Below, one piece after another: positions 1 to 8,774 of a stretch of DNA of 33,285 nt. The notes below the pieces were generated by a model, which worked only from the letters and a program-made list of their open reading frames with translations, was not told the DNA's origin and ran no database searches. Positions within the stretch are counted from its first letter, which is position 1; every line of letters starts with the position of its first letter. This DNA comes from an uncultured Eubacteriales bacterium (lineage in GTDB: Bacteria; Bacillota; Clostridia; UBA1381; UMGS1253), in contig URQR01000002.1 of NCBI GenBank assembly GCA_900550065.1, positions 1 through 33,285 of the forward strand, in the 5' to 3' direction. The position numbers were made by a program, and so were the translations under genes.

Positions 1-241
1 GAAGAATCATCCCGGCAGTATAAAACGCCGGCGGCTGTTTTAGCATATAGCCTCCGCCCGCGCCGCGCGCGCTTTTTACATAGCCCGCCCGCACGAGCTG
101 CGGGATAATCTGCTCCAAATATTTTTCAGAGATGTCCTGCCGTTTTGCGATACTTTTAATTGAAATATACTCTCCGGTATTGTGCAGCGCAAGGTCGAGC
201 ATAAGCCGCAGCGCATACCGGCCTTTTGTCGATATTTTCAT
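1..241 (-). CDS. Rrf2-family transcriptional regulator (IscR/CymR-like), N-terminal part; the 3' end lies outside the window
   Basis: Hand translation of the minus strand from ATG (241..239) gives MKISTKGRYALRLMLDLALHNTGEYISIKSIAKRQDISEKYLEQIIPQLVRAGYVKSARGAGGGYML..., a typical Rrf2 winged-helix N-terminus. A GAGGTGG SD lies upstream. It is absent from the ORF track because it runs off the window. Confidence 0.75.
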   Translation of the reverse strand, partial: MKISTKGRYALRLMLDLALHNTGEYISIKSIAKRQDISEKYLEQIIPQLVRAGYVKSARGAGGGYMLKQPPAFYTAGMIL

Positions 242-344
242 GAAAAATGCCACCTCAAACATATTTTTATCCTTTCTTGTATTGTAACAGAGAAAAAGTA
301 GAAAATCAATAGAATTAGTCGGAATTGTAAATGGTTGATTTGTG

Positions 345-373
345 TTGCAATTTTAAGCGGTTTGTGCTATAAT
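345..373 (+). promoter_or_regulatory. SigA-type promoter candidate for yicC
   Basis: TTGCAA (345..350), a 17-nt spacer, then TGcTATAAT (extended -10; hexamer 368..373), about 75 nt upstream of the yicC start. Confidence 0.55.
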
Positions 374-381
374 AACATGAT

Positions 382-437
382 AAATTGGAGTTGGTATGTT
401 TAGACAAATGGAATTGGTATAAAATTGAAGTTGGGGT
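382..437 (+). repeat. Three direct ~15-16-nt repeats in the yicC leader
   Basis: AAATTGGAGTTGGTAT (382..397), AAATGGAATTGGTAT (406..420) and AAATTGAAGTTGGGGT (422..437). The third copy overlaps the SD of yicC. Confidence 0.5.
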
Positions 438-445
438 GATTCGGC

Positions 446-1324
446 TTGGTAAAGAGCATGACGGGCTATGGGCGCACGGAGGGAATCTATGGTACAAAAA
501 AGGTGCTTGCGGAAATTCGTTCGGTCAACCACAGGTTTGCGGACTACAATATCAAAGTACCGCGCCATTACGGATTTTTAGAGGATAAGGTGCGCGGCTA
601 CATATCGGGGTATATCAGCCGCGGCAAGGTGGACGTCTACATTGCGGTGGAAAGCTACGGGGACAGCGATAAGCAGGTGACGCTCAACAGCGCGCTGGCG
701 GAGAGCTATATCGATGCGCTGCATAAAATCCGCGACGAGTTTTCGCTAAAGGATGATATCAGCGTGTCGACCGTGGCGCGCTTTACAGATATCTTTTTGT
801 CCGAACGCAAAGAGGAGGACGCGGAAGCTGTTTGGCAGACGGTCTTGCTGGCGCTTGCGCCCGCGGTGGAGCAGTTTGTCCACATGCGCGAGCGCGAAGG
901 CGAGCGGATGCTTTCCGACTTGCAGGGCCGGGCGGACACGATGCTTGGTATGGTAAGCGAGATTGAGGCGCGCTCGCCCGAGCGTGTGGCGGAGTACCGC
1001 CAGAGGCTCTACGAAAAGCTGTCGGAGGTACTTTCTACGAGCGGGATTGACGAAACGCGTATTTTGACGGAGGCGGCACTCTATGCCGATAAGGTCGCGG
1101 TGGACGAGGAAACCGTTCGTCTGCGCAGTCACTTTACCGAGATGGAGCGGATTCTGGCGTCCGGTGGGCCTGCTGGACGCAAGCTGGATTTTCTAATTCA
1201 GGAAATCAACCGCGAAATCAATACAATTGGGTCAAAAGCGAATGATATCCAGACGGCGAAGCTTGTCGTAGACCTGAAGGCTGAGCTTGAAAAGATGCGT
1301 GAGCAAGTGCAGAATATTGAATAA
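446..1324 (+). CDS. yicC: YicC/YloC-family stress-induced protein
   Basis: The N-terminus MVKSMTGYGR (TTG start; GGGGTG SD) and the C-terminal LDFLIQEINREINTIGSKAND motif are typical of the YicC family (YicC_N + DUF1732). The neighbourhood yicC-remA-gmk-rpoZ is conserved in Firmicutes. Confidence 0.85.
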   Translation: MVKSMTGYGRTEGIYGTKKVLAEIRSVNHRFADYNIKVPRHYGFLEDKVRGYISGYISRGKVDVYIAVESYGDSDKQVTLNSALAESYIDALHKIRDEFSLKDDISVSTVARFTDIFLSERKEEDAEAVWQTVLLALAPAVEQFVHMREREGERMLSDLQGRADTMLGMVSEIEARSPERVAEYRQRLYEKLSEVLSTSGIDETRILTEAALYADKVAVDEETVRLRSHFTEMERILASGGPAGRKLDFLIQEINREINTIGSKANDIQTAKLVVDLKAELEKMREQVQNIE

Positions 1325-1327
1325 ATA

Positions 1328-1346
1328 CGCAAGCCGAAGGCTTGCG
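1328..1346 (+). other. Stop-proximal hairpin CGCAAGCC-GAA-GGCTTGCG with no U-tract
   Basis: An 8-bp perfect stem lies directly after the yicC TAA. The first 16 nt (ATAAATACGCAAGCCG, 1321..1336) recur after priA (6562..6577). Confidence 0.4.
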
Positions 1347-1350
1347 CTTG

Positions 1351-1565
1351 GAAGAATTGTTGTCGGGGCACGGCCCCTCCTCCTGCGAGCAGGAACACAA
1401 TTCTTCGGCGGAGCTTTGAGATTGCGTTTACAAATAGTCGCTGTCGGGACAAGGTCCCTCCTGCGGCAGAGTCGTAACGCGACTTTTTGAGGGGAATAGC
1501 CGAGAAAATAGAAATAGGGCACGGCCCCTCCTCCCGCAAAGCGGGAACACAATTCTTCGGCGGAG
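1351..1565 (+). repeat. Structured intergenic repeat: two ~48-nt copies plus a degenerate middle copy
   Basis: Copy A (1366..1413) is GGGCACGGCCCCTCCTCCTGCGAGCAGGAACACAATTCTTCGGCGGAG. Copy B (1517..1565) is GGGCACGGCCCCTCCTCCCGCAAAGCGGGAACACAATTCTTCGGCGGAG. A degenerate copy GGGACAAGGTCCCTCCTGCGGCAGA lies at 1446..1470. In copy A, 1351..1360 pairs perfectly with 1397..1406. Confidence 0.6.
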
Positions 1566-1659
1566 TTCTTGGGTTAAAAATTTAGAAGCTTTGGCTTATT
1601 AAAAGATATATCGTTATTTTGGAGAAATATGAAATACAAACACAAGGGAGGAATGGCTT

Positions 1660-1935
1660 TTGAAGCTGATTAATATTGGGTTTGGCAATATTGTCGCGGC
1701 AAACCGCGTCATTGCGATTGTCAGCCCGGAATCAGCCCCGATTAAGCGCATGATTCAAGAGGCGCGCGACAAGGGGATTTTGATTGACGCGACGTTCGGG
1801 CGCAGAACGCGCGCCGTCGTCGTGACGGACAGCGAGCATATTATTTTATCGGCCTTGCAGCCTGAAACTGTGGCGAACCGTTTGGGCGGGACGGGCGCGG
1901 CTGCGCCTGCGCCGGAGGAGGAAGCCGATGACTGA
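1660..1935 (+). CDS. remA: RemA/YlzA (DUF370) extracellular-matrix regulatory protein
   Basis: [71 protein letters not shown] is the canonical RemA sequence pattern. TTG start with an AAGGGAGG SD. It lies directly upstream of gmk, as in Firmicutes. Confidence 0.9.
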   Translation: MKLINIGFGNIVAANRVIAIVSPESAPIKRMIQEARDKGILIDATFGRRTRAVVVTDSEHIILSALQPETVANRLGGTGAAAPAPEEEADD

Positions 1936-2539
1936 CAAAAAAGGGCTACTGCTGGTCGTATCCGGCCCGTCGGGCGCGGGAAAGGGCACGGTGTGTAAGC
2001 GGCTGGTGGAAAAGCGTGACGATGTATTTTTATCTGTGTCGGCGACGACGCGCGCCCCGCGCGAGGGCGAAATAAACGGTAAACATTACCACTTTATCAG
2101 CGAGGCCGATTTTGAAGAGCGGATTCGGACGGGCGGAATGCTTGAGCACGCGGTCTTTTGCGGCAATTACTACGGCACGCCGAAGCAGGCGGTCGACGAG
2201 ATGCTCGCGGCCGGTAAAAACGTTATCTTGGAAATCGAGGTACAGGGCGCGATGAAGGTCCGCAGCCACTACCCGGAGGGCGTTTATATCTTTGTGCTGC
2301 CGCCGTCAATGCAGGAGCTTCGCAAACGGCTGACGGAGCGCGGAACGGAAGCGCCCGAGGTCGTGGAGGAGCGGCTTGGCACGGCGGCATGGGAGTTTAC
2401 GCATATTCAAAAATATAATTACATTTTATTAAACGACGATGTGGAAAAGGCTGTATGTAGGCTCGAGGCAATCATTGATGCGGAGCATTGCAGGACAGAA
2501 AGAAATATAAATTTTATTGAAGAGGTGTGTCATTCATGA
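1928..2539 (+). CDS. gmk: Guanylate kinase
   Basis: P-loop [18 protein letters not shown] and GxxYxF motifs. The start overlaps the remA stop (ATGACTGA). Confidence 0.93.
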   Translation: MTDKKGLLLVVSGPSGAGKGTVCKRLVEKRDDVFLSVSATTRAPREGEINGKHYHFISEADFEERIRTGGMLEHAVFCGNYYGTPKQAVDEMLAAGKNVILEIEVQGAMKVRSHYPEGVYIFVLPPSMQELRKRLTERGTEAPEVVEERLGTAAWEFTHIQKYNYILLNDDVEKAVCRLEAIIDAEHCRTERNINFIEEVCHS

Positions 2540-2817
2540 TTTATCCCCCGATTGGAGATTTGGTACAAAAGACGAAAACGAGATACTCTTTGGCGATTTT
2601 GACTGCGCGGCGCGCGCGCCAGCTCGGCGCGGAAAGCGGCGGCGAGTTCGACGGAAAATTTGACGAGGCGATTTTAGAGGCAATTGACGAAATTAATGAC
2701 GGCAAGGTTACGGCAAGGCCGAAGAACTACTATTTTGACTACGTAAGCCCGTCCGAGCAGAAGGCAGTAGAAAAAGAGGAAGAGGCACTTTTGGAAGAAG
2801 ACGGCGAGGAAGCGTAA
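2536..2817 (+). CDS. rpoZ: DNA-directed RNA polymerase subunit omega
   Basis: [30 protein letters not shown] is a typical omega N-terminus. I chose ATG 2536 (AGAGGTG SD 8 nt upstream) over the track's GTG at 2527. It has an acidic C-terminal tail. Confidence 0.88.
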   Translation: MIYPPIGDLVQKTKTRYSLAILTARRARQLGAESGGEFDGKFDEAILEAIDEINDGKVTARPKNYYFDYVSPSEQKAVEKEEEALLEEDGEEA

Positions 2818-2855
2818 GAAAAGGCGGTTGAATTGCGCAGGGAGGAGGCGGCTTC

Positions 2856-4067
2856 ATGTTGAAAGGAAAATGCGTTGTAGTCGGCGTATGCGGTGGTATC
2901 GCGGCGTATAAGACGGCGGCTGTCGTGAGCGGGCTTAAAAAGCTCGGCGCGGAGGTACATGTCATCATGACAAAAGCTGCGCAGGAATTTGTCGGTAAGC
3001 TCACGTTCCAGACACTGTCGCAAAATCTTGTGACGGACGAGATGTTTGCCGAGCCGAAAAAGTGGGACGTCGAGCACGTCGAACTGGCGCAGAAGGCGGA
3101 CTTGCTTTTAGTCGCGCCTGCGACAGCAAACACGATTGCAAAAATGGCAAACGGCATCGCCGACAATATGCTCACGTGCGTGTACCTTGCGACAGAAGCG
3201 CCCGTGCTGCTTGCGCCTGCGATGAACAAAAATATGTACGCGCACGATGCAACGGTACAGAACCTACAAAAACTCGCGGCGCGCGGCTGTAAATTTGTCG
3301 AGCCGGGCGAGGGGTTTTTGGCCTGCGGCGTAACGGGTAAGGGACGTATGTCCGAGCCGGAAGAAATCATAGATGCGGTGGTCGGTGAGCTGGCGTATGA
3401 AAAGGATTTGCGCGGGCTGAAGGTGCTGGTGAGCGCAGGTCCGACGCAGGAGCCGGTCGATCCGGTGCGTTTTTTGACGAACCACTCGTCCGGCAAAATG
3501 GGCTACGCGATTGCGCGCGCGGCAAAACGGCGCGGCGCGGACGTTGTGCTCGTAAGCGGCAAGACGGCGCTTACGCCCGTCCGGGGCGTTAAAATGGTGT
3601 CCGTCGGAAGTGCGCAGGAAATGCACGACGCGATTGTATCGCGCAGCGCAAACTGTGATATTATCGTGAAGGCAGCGGCTGTGGCGGATTATACGCCGGT
3701 ACAGACGGCGGAGCAGAAGATGAAAAAGTCGGACGGCGAGATGACAATTGCGCTGCGGCGTACGCCGGACATTTTGCGCGAGCTTGGCGAGAAAAAACCG
3801 GCGGGACAGGTGCTCGTTGGCTTCTGTATGGAGACGCAGGATTTACTCGAACATGCGCGCGAAAAGCTTGTGCGTAAAAATTGTGATTATATTATTGCAA
3901 ATAACCTCTTTGTGCAGGGCGCGGGCTTTGGCGTTGACACGAACACGGTGACGATTCTTGGCGCGGACGGCTCGCAGGTAGAGCCGGGTAATCTGCCCAA
4001 AGACGCGCTTGCGCATGTGATTTTAGATATTGCAAAGAAAACGTACGACGAAAAGAACGGGCTGTGA
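2856..4067 (+). CDS. coaBC: Bifunctional phosphopantothenoylcysteine decarboxylase / phosphopantothenate-cysteine ligase
   Basis: The N-terminal flavoprotein domain (GVCGGIAAYK, PAMNxxM) plus the C-terminal DFP/CoaB domain (SAGPTxEPVDPVRFLTNHSSGKMG) give 403 aa. GGGAGGAGG SD. Confidence 0.93.
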   Translation: MLKGKCVVVGVCGGIAAYKTAAVVSGLKKLGAEVHVIMTKAAQEFVGKLTFQTLSQNLVTDEMFAEPKKWDVEHVELAQKADLLLVAPATANTIAKMANGIADNMLTCVYLATEAPVLLAPAMNKNMYAHDATVQNLQKLAARGCKFVEPGEGFLACGVTGKGRMSEPEEIIDAVVGELAYEKDLRGLKVLVSAGPTQEPVDPVRFLTNHSSGKMGYAIARAAKRRGADVVLVSGKTALTPVRGVKMVSVGSAQEMHDAIVSRSANCDIIVKAAAVADYTPVQTAEQKMKKSDGEMTIALRRTPDILRELGEKKPAGQVLVGFCMETQDLLEHAREKLVRKNCDYIIANNLFVQGAGFGVDTNTVTILGADGSQVEPGNLPKDALAHVILDIAKKTYDEKNGL

Positions 4068-4102
4068 GCCCGTTTCTCATAAAATAGACGGAGGAACAAG
4101 AC

Positions 4103-6565
4103 GTGGTTGCCGGTGTGATTGTTTCTAAAACCGCGAGACAGGTGGATCAGGTTTTCGACTATGCGGTGCCGGACGAGCTGTGCGGTGCGGTCCATGTCGG
4201 AAGCCGCGTTATTGTGCCTTTTGGAGCGGGCGGACGAAAGTGCGAGGGGTTCGTCCTCTATACGGCGATGCGCTCTGAGGCGGAGAACCTAAAATCGGTT
4301 GCCGCACTTTCCGGCGCGGATGATGCATTTGACGAAAAGGGTGCGGAGCTGATTGGCTGGCTGCGAGAAAAGACGTTGTGCAGCTACATTGACGCGGTGC
4401 GTCTGCTTGTACCGGCGGGCAGCGGCGTAAAATTTACAGAAGCTGTCCGGCTGACAGATATGGAGATAGCAGAGCGGGCGGCTCGATTGAAAAATTCGCC
4501 CGCAAAGCAAAGAATTGTCGCCGCGCTTGAAGCGGCGGGCGGCGCGCTGGATATAACAATATTAGAAAAACAGATTGGGCGCGGTACGCGCGCGCAGGTC
4601 GGCGCACTTGCGCAGATGGGGCTTGCTGTGATAGAACAGCGCGGCAGCGCTAAGGTACGGGCGCGGACGGTACACGCCGCGTCGCTGGCGGTTTCGGCTG
4701 CGGAGGCGGCCGTAGCGGCAGAAACGCTGCGCAAAAAAGCACCGAAGCAGGCGCGTGTGCTCGACTTACTGTGTGAAAACGAACGCATTGCGGTAGCGGA
4801 TTTGCTCTCGCTGGCAGGTGCTGGATATAGCACGGTCAGCGCGCTTGAAAAAAAGGGGCTTGTCGTAATCTCTGAGATAGAGGCGGGGCGCAGTCCGGTG
4901 AGCGGGCGGCGGATTGCCCGCGAAGCGTTTTACACGCTGACACAGGAGCAGTGCGCGGCCTACGATACGCTTGCGTCGTCGCTAAAATCCGGCGCGGCGG
5001 AGACGTTTTTACTGCGCGGCGTGACCGGCTCGGGCAAGACGGAGGTGTATCTGCACCTAATCGCGCGGGCGGCAGAGCTGGGGAAAACGGCGATTGTGCT
5101 TGTGCCGGAGATTTCGCTCACACCACTGATGACAAAGCGGTTCGTATCGCGCTTCGGCACGCGTGTCGCGATTTTGCACAGCGCACTCTCGCTGGGCGAA
5201 CGCTATGACGAGTGGCGGCGCATCAAAAACGGCGAGGTGGATGTGGTTGTCGGCGCGCGTAGCGCGGTGTTTGCGCCGCTGTCCAATATTGGCGTAATCA
5301 TATTAGATGAAGAACACGAGGCGACGTATAAATCGGAGTCGTCGCCGCGCTACCATGCCCGCGATGTGGCGGTATTTCGGGCACGACAGCACGGTGCGGT
5401 GACGTTATTGGCGTCGGCGACGCCGTCGGTCGAGAGCTATTACCGGGCGCAGGCGGGGGACTACCGCCTGATAGAAATGGAAACGCGCGTCGGGGCGCAG
5501 AAGCTGCCGACGGTATATGTGGTCGATATGCGGCAAGAGCTCGAAAATGGGAACCGATCGATGTTTTCCGATATGCTTGCGCATGAGCTTTTATACAATA
5601 TGGAGCACGGCGAGCAGAGTATTTTGTTTTTAAACCGGCGCGGGTTTTCGACGTTTGTGTCGTGCCGGAGCTGTGGCTTTGTCGCAAAGTGTCCGCATTG
5701 TAATATTTCGCTGACGTACCACCGCGCGACGAACCGCCTGACGTGCCACTACTGCGGCTATATGCACGAAAACTACAAAACGTGCCCCGACTGTGGCAGT
5801 GTATATATTAAGTATTTTGGGGCGGGGACACAGAAGTTGGAGGACGAGCTTGCGCGCAGGTTCGAGGGCGTGAAAACGGTGCGGATGGACGTTGATACGA
5901 CGGCGACAAAGCGCGCGCACGAGAAGCTCTTAGAGCGGTTTGAAAAAGAAAAGGCGGACGTGCTCGTCGGGACACAGATGGTGTCAAAGGGGCTCGACTT
6001 CCACGCGGTGACGCTGGTTGGCGTTGTTGCGGCGGATACGTCGCTCTACATTGACGACTACAAAAGTGCGGAGCGAACGTTTAGCCTGATTACACAGGTG
6101 TGCGGCCGTGCGGGGCGCGGCAAGTTAGAGGGCCGCGCGATTGTACAGACATACACGCCGGAGCACAGCGCGATTATACACGCGCAAAAGCACGACTATG
6201 TTGGCTTTTATAAAGATGAAATTAAGCTGCGCCATGCAATGTGGTATCCGCCGTTTTGCGAGATTGTGTCGGTTTTGGTCACGGGTGCGGACGAGGCGGT
6301 AACGGCGGCAAAGGCGGCCGGCATCGCGCGCTATATCAGCCGGCGCATCGACGCAGAAATCAGCGAAAAAACGCTGATTCTCGGCCCGGCGGCTGCGGGC
6401 GTTTCTAAAATTAAAGATAAATTCCGTTACCGGATTTTAATAAAATGCGCATGTGCGGACAGCCTAAATGGTATATTAATAGATGTGATTCAAAACGCTG
6501 TCAAAGGGCAAAACCGGAAATTAATCAGTGTTTCGATTGATAAAAATCCAAACAGTTTTGTATAA
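4103..6565 (+). CDS. priA: Primosomal protein N' (replication restart helicase)
   Basis: Walker A GVTGSGKTEVY, DEEH box, and a Cys-rich zinc-binding insert (CRSCG...CPHC...CHYCG...CPDCG). 820 aa, GTG start with a GGAGGA SD. Confidence 0.93.
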   Translation: MVAGVIVSKTARQVDQVFDYAVPDELCGAVHVGSRVIVPFGAGGRKCEGFVLYTAMRSEAENLKSVAALSGADDAFDEKGAELIGWLREKTLCSYIDAVRLLVPAGSGVKFTEAVRLTDMEIAERAARLKNSPAKQRIVAALEAAGGALDITILEKQIGRGTRAQVGALAQMGLAVIEQRGSAKVRARTVHAASLAVSAAEAAVAAETLRKKAPKQARVLDLLCENERIAVADLLSLAGAGYSTVSALEKKGLVVISEIEAGRSPVSGRRIAREAFYTLTQEQCAAYDTLASSLKSGAAETFLLRGVTGSGKTEVYLHLIARAAELGKTAIVLVPEISLTPLMTKRFVSRFGTRVAILHSALSLGERYDEWRRIKNGEVDVVVGARSAVFAPLSNIGVIILDEEHEATYKSESSPRYHARDVAVFRARQHGAVTLLASATPSVESYYRAQAGDYRLIEMETRVGAQKLPTVYVVDMRQELENGNRSMFSDMLAHELLYNMEHGEQSILFLNRRGFSTFVSCRSCGFVAKCPHCNISLTYHRATNRLTCHYCGYMHENYKTCPDCGSVYIKYFGAGTQKLEDELARRFEGVKTVRMDVDTTATKRAHEKLLERFEKEKADVLVGTQMVSKGLDFHAVTLVGVVAADTSLYIDDYKSAERTFSLITQVCGRAGRGKLEGRAIVQTYTPEHSAIIHAQKHDYVGFYKDEIKLRHAMWYPPFCEIVSVLVTGADEAVTAAKAAGIARYISRRIDAEISEKTLILGPAAAGVSKIKDKFRYRILIKCACADSLNGILIDVIQNAVKGQNRKLISVSIDKNPNSFV

Positions 6566-6568
6566 ATA

Positions 6569-6587
6569 CGCAAGCCGTTGGCTTACG
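6569..6587 (+). other. Stop-proximal hairpin related to the one after yicC
   Basis: CGCAAGCC-GTT-GGCTTACG (7 of 8 bp) directly after the priA TAA. It shares ATAAATACGCAAGCCG with 1321..1336. Confidence 0.35.
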
Positions 6588-6635
6588 CATGTTGAAATAT
6601 AATGGAACAGAACATAAATTAGGAGTGTGAGAAAT

Positions 6636-7100
6636 ATGGCAATTCGGTTTATCCGGGAGGAAGGCGATGAAGTACTGCGTAAAAAAAGCCGTGAGGTGAC
6701 GGTGTTCGACGCGCGGCTTCACACGCTGCTCGACGATATGTTTGACACGATGTACAGCGCGGACGGCGTGGGGCTGGCGGCGGTACAGGTTGGTATTTTA
6801 AAGCGCGCGATTGTAATTGACACGCGTGGTGAGGACGAGAAAATCGAGTTGATTAACCCTGTCATCGTGTCTGTTGAAGGAGAGCGCAGAATACCGGAGG
6901 CGTGTTTGAGCGTGCCGGGCGTGCGCGGGTATGTCATCCGCCCGGAAAAGGTGACGGTACGCGCAAAGGACCGCTTTGGCGTGGAGCACGAGTATACGGG
7001 CGAAGGGCTTTTAGCGCAGGCGTTCTGTCACGAGATTGAACACCTTGACGGCGGCCTGTTTATTGACAAGGTTGAAGAATATATCGAAGACGACGAATAA
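6636..7100 (+). CDS. def: Peptide deformylase
   Basis: Motifs GVGLAAVQVG, EACLSVPG and HEIEHLDG. I preferred ATG 6636 (TAGGAG SD 10 nt upstream) over the track's GTG 6627. Confidence 0.93.
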   Translation: MAIRFIREEGDEVLRKKSREVTVFDARLHTLLDDMFDTMYSADGVGLAAVQVGILKRAIVIDTRGEDEKIELINPVIVSVEGERRIPEACLSVPGVRGYVIRPEKVTVRAKDRFGVEHEYTGEGLLAQAFCHEIEHLDGGLFIDKVEEYIEDDE

Positions 7101-7130
7101 GGCAAAATTGCCTGTGGAAGGAAGGGTACG

Positions 7131-8069
7131 ATGCGGATAGTATTTATGGGAACGCCGGGCTTTGCGGCGGGATGTTTAGAGGCACTGGTGCAGGCAGGAC
7201 ATAATGTGGCTGCGGCGGTAAGCCAGCCGGACCGCCCAAAAGGACGCGGGCATAAGGTGCAGCCGACGCCGGTGCATGCTTGCGCGCAGGCGCACGGTAT
7301 CCCCATCTATCAGCCGCAGGTGATTAAAAACGGCGAGCTAGAGGATGTGCTGCAAAAGGCTGCGCCCGATGTAATTGTTGTGGTTGCATACGGGAAAATT
7401 TTACCGGAGTCTATTTTAAACTTTCCGAAATACGGCTGTATCAATGTCCATGCGTCTCTCTTGCCGAAGTACCGGGGTGCGGCGCCGATACAGTGGAGTA
7501 TTATAAACGGCGAGCGTGAAACGGGCATCACGACGATGTACATGGCGCAGGGGATTGATACGGGCGATATGATTTTAAAACACGCGATACCAATCGCGGC
7601 GGAGGAAACGGCGGGGACGCTGCACGATAAGCTGATGGCGCTTGGCGCGCAGACGCTGATTGAAACGCTTGAACGAATCGAAAACGGCACTGCGCCGCGC
7701 GAGCAGCAGGACGATAGCCAAAGCTGCTATGCGCCGATGATTGATAAGACGACGGCGCTGATTGAGTGGGATAAATCTGCACAGGAGATTTGTAACCTAA
7801 TCCGCGGCATGAACCCGTCCCCATTTGCGTATACTACGTATAAAGGCGCGCGGATGAAAATCGGTACGGCGGCGGTGTCGGATGTTGTGCCGGAGGCTGT
7901 GCCGGGAACGGTTTTGTGCGCGGGGCGCGACGGGCTTTTGGTGTGCTGCGCTGACAGCGCGCTATTGGTAAAGACTGTGCAGTTTGACGGAAAGAAAATG
8001 ATGCCCGTGGGCGACTATCTTGCGGGCCATACCATAGAAGAAGGAACTGTTTTAGGCAGGGAGGAATAA
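7131..8069 (+). CDS. fmt: Methionyl-tRNA formyltransferase
   Basis: MRIVFMGTPxFA N-terminus, HASLLPKYRGAAPIQW motif and a C-terminal formyl-transferase domain. def-fmt is a conserved pair. Confidence 0.93.
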   Translation: MRIVFMGTPGFAAGCLEALVQAGHNVAAAVSQPDRPKGRGHKVQPTPVHACAQAHGIPIYQPQVIKNGELEDVLQKAAPDVIVVVAYGKILPESILNFPKYGCINVHASLLPKYRGAAPIQWSIINGERETGITTMYMAQGIDTGDMILKHAIPIAAEETAGTLHDKLMALGAQTLIETLERIENGTAPREQQDDSQSCYAPMIDKTTALIEWDKSAQEICNLIRGMNPSPFAYTTYKGARMKIGTAAVSDVVPEAVPGTVLCAGRDGLLVCCADSALLVKTVQFDGKKMMPVGDYLAGHTIEEGTVLGREE

Positions 8070-8072
8070 GAT

Positions 8073-8771
8073 ATGCCACTGTACTACCCGTTTTTTGACA
8101 ATACGTATCTTGTTTTTGTGCTGATTCCGGTGCTTGTCTCGATTTGGGCGAGTGCGAGGGTTAATTCGACGTTTAAAAAATATTCCGATTACCGCAACGC
8201 GAGGAATCTGACTGCGGCGGAGGTGACGCGTATGATTCTCGACCGAAACGGGCAGCAGAACGTGCACATAGAGCGTGTGGGCGGCAGCTTGACCGACCAT
8301 TACGACCCGCGCGACAATACAATCCGCCTGTCGGAGAGCGTATACGACTCGACCTCCTGCGCAGCGATTGGCGTTGCGGCGCACGAGGCGGGCCATGCCG
8401 CACAGCACGCGAAGGGCTATGTGCCGATCAAAATCCGCAATGCGCTCGTGCCGGTGGCGAATTTTGCCTCGCGGCTGGCGGTGCCGCTCGTTTTGCTCGG
8501 CTTTATCATGGAGCTTGGCGGCTTGGTCGACTTTGCGATTATCTTGTATGGCGCGGTCGTGCTCTTTTCGCTGATTACCCTGCCGGTGGAATTTGATGCG
8601 AGCCGGCGCGCGGTCGTGACGCTCGACGAGTATGGAATTTTATCAACAGAAGAAAACGCGGCGGCGAAAAAAGTGCTCCGTGCGGCGGCGATGACGTATG
8701 TTGCGTCGATGCTGGTAGCGCTCGGCAGCTTTTTACGGATTTTGACGCTGTTTGGAAGAAGACGGGACTAA
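8073..8771 (+). CDS. Membrane zinc metallopeptidase, YugP-like (Zn_peptidase_2 family)
   Basis: An N-terminal TM segment, an HEAGHAAQH zinc-binding motif and C-terminal hydrophobic segments. 232 aa, as is typical for the family. Confidence 0.8.
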   Translation: MPLYYPFFDNTYLVFVLIPVLVSIWASARVNSTFKKYSDYRNARNLTAAEVTRMILDRNGQQNVHIERVGGSLTDHYDPRDNTIRLSESVYDSTSCAAIGVAAHEAGHAAQHAKGYVPIKIRNALVPVANFASRLAVPLVLLGFIMELGGLVDFAIILYGAVVLFSLITLPVEFDASRRAVVTLDEYGILSTEENAAAKKVLRAAAMTYVASMLVALGSFLRILTLFGRRRD

Positions 8772-8774
8772 ACG

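Noticed and set aside
1366-1565. Possible CRISPR array, because of the repeated ~48-nt units
   Set aside because: There are only two good copies plus a degenerate one, the spacing is irregular, the repeats are internally structured, and there are no cas genes. It fits an intergenic structured repeat, not CRISPR.
2708-3496. 262-aa minus-strand ORF (and 2739..3077) antisense to coaBC
   Set aside because: It lies entirely inside a well-supported coaBC gene. Its low-complexity Ser/Ala/Pro-rich translation is typical of shadow ORFs in high-GC DNA, and it has no SD.
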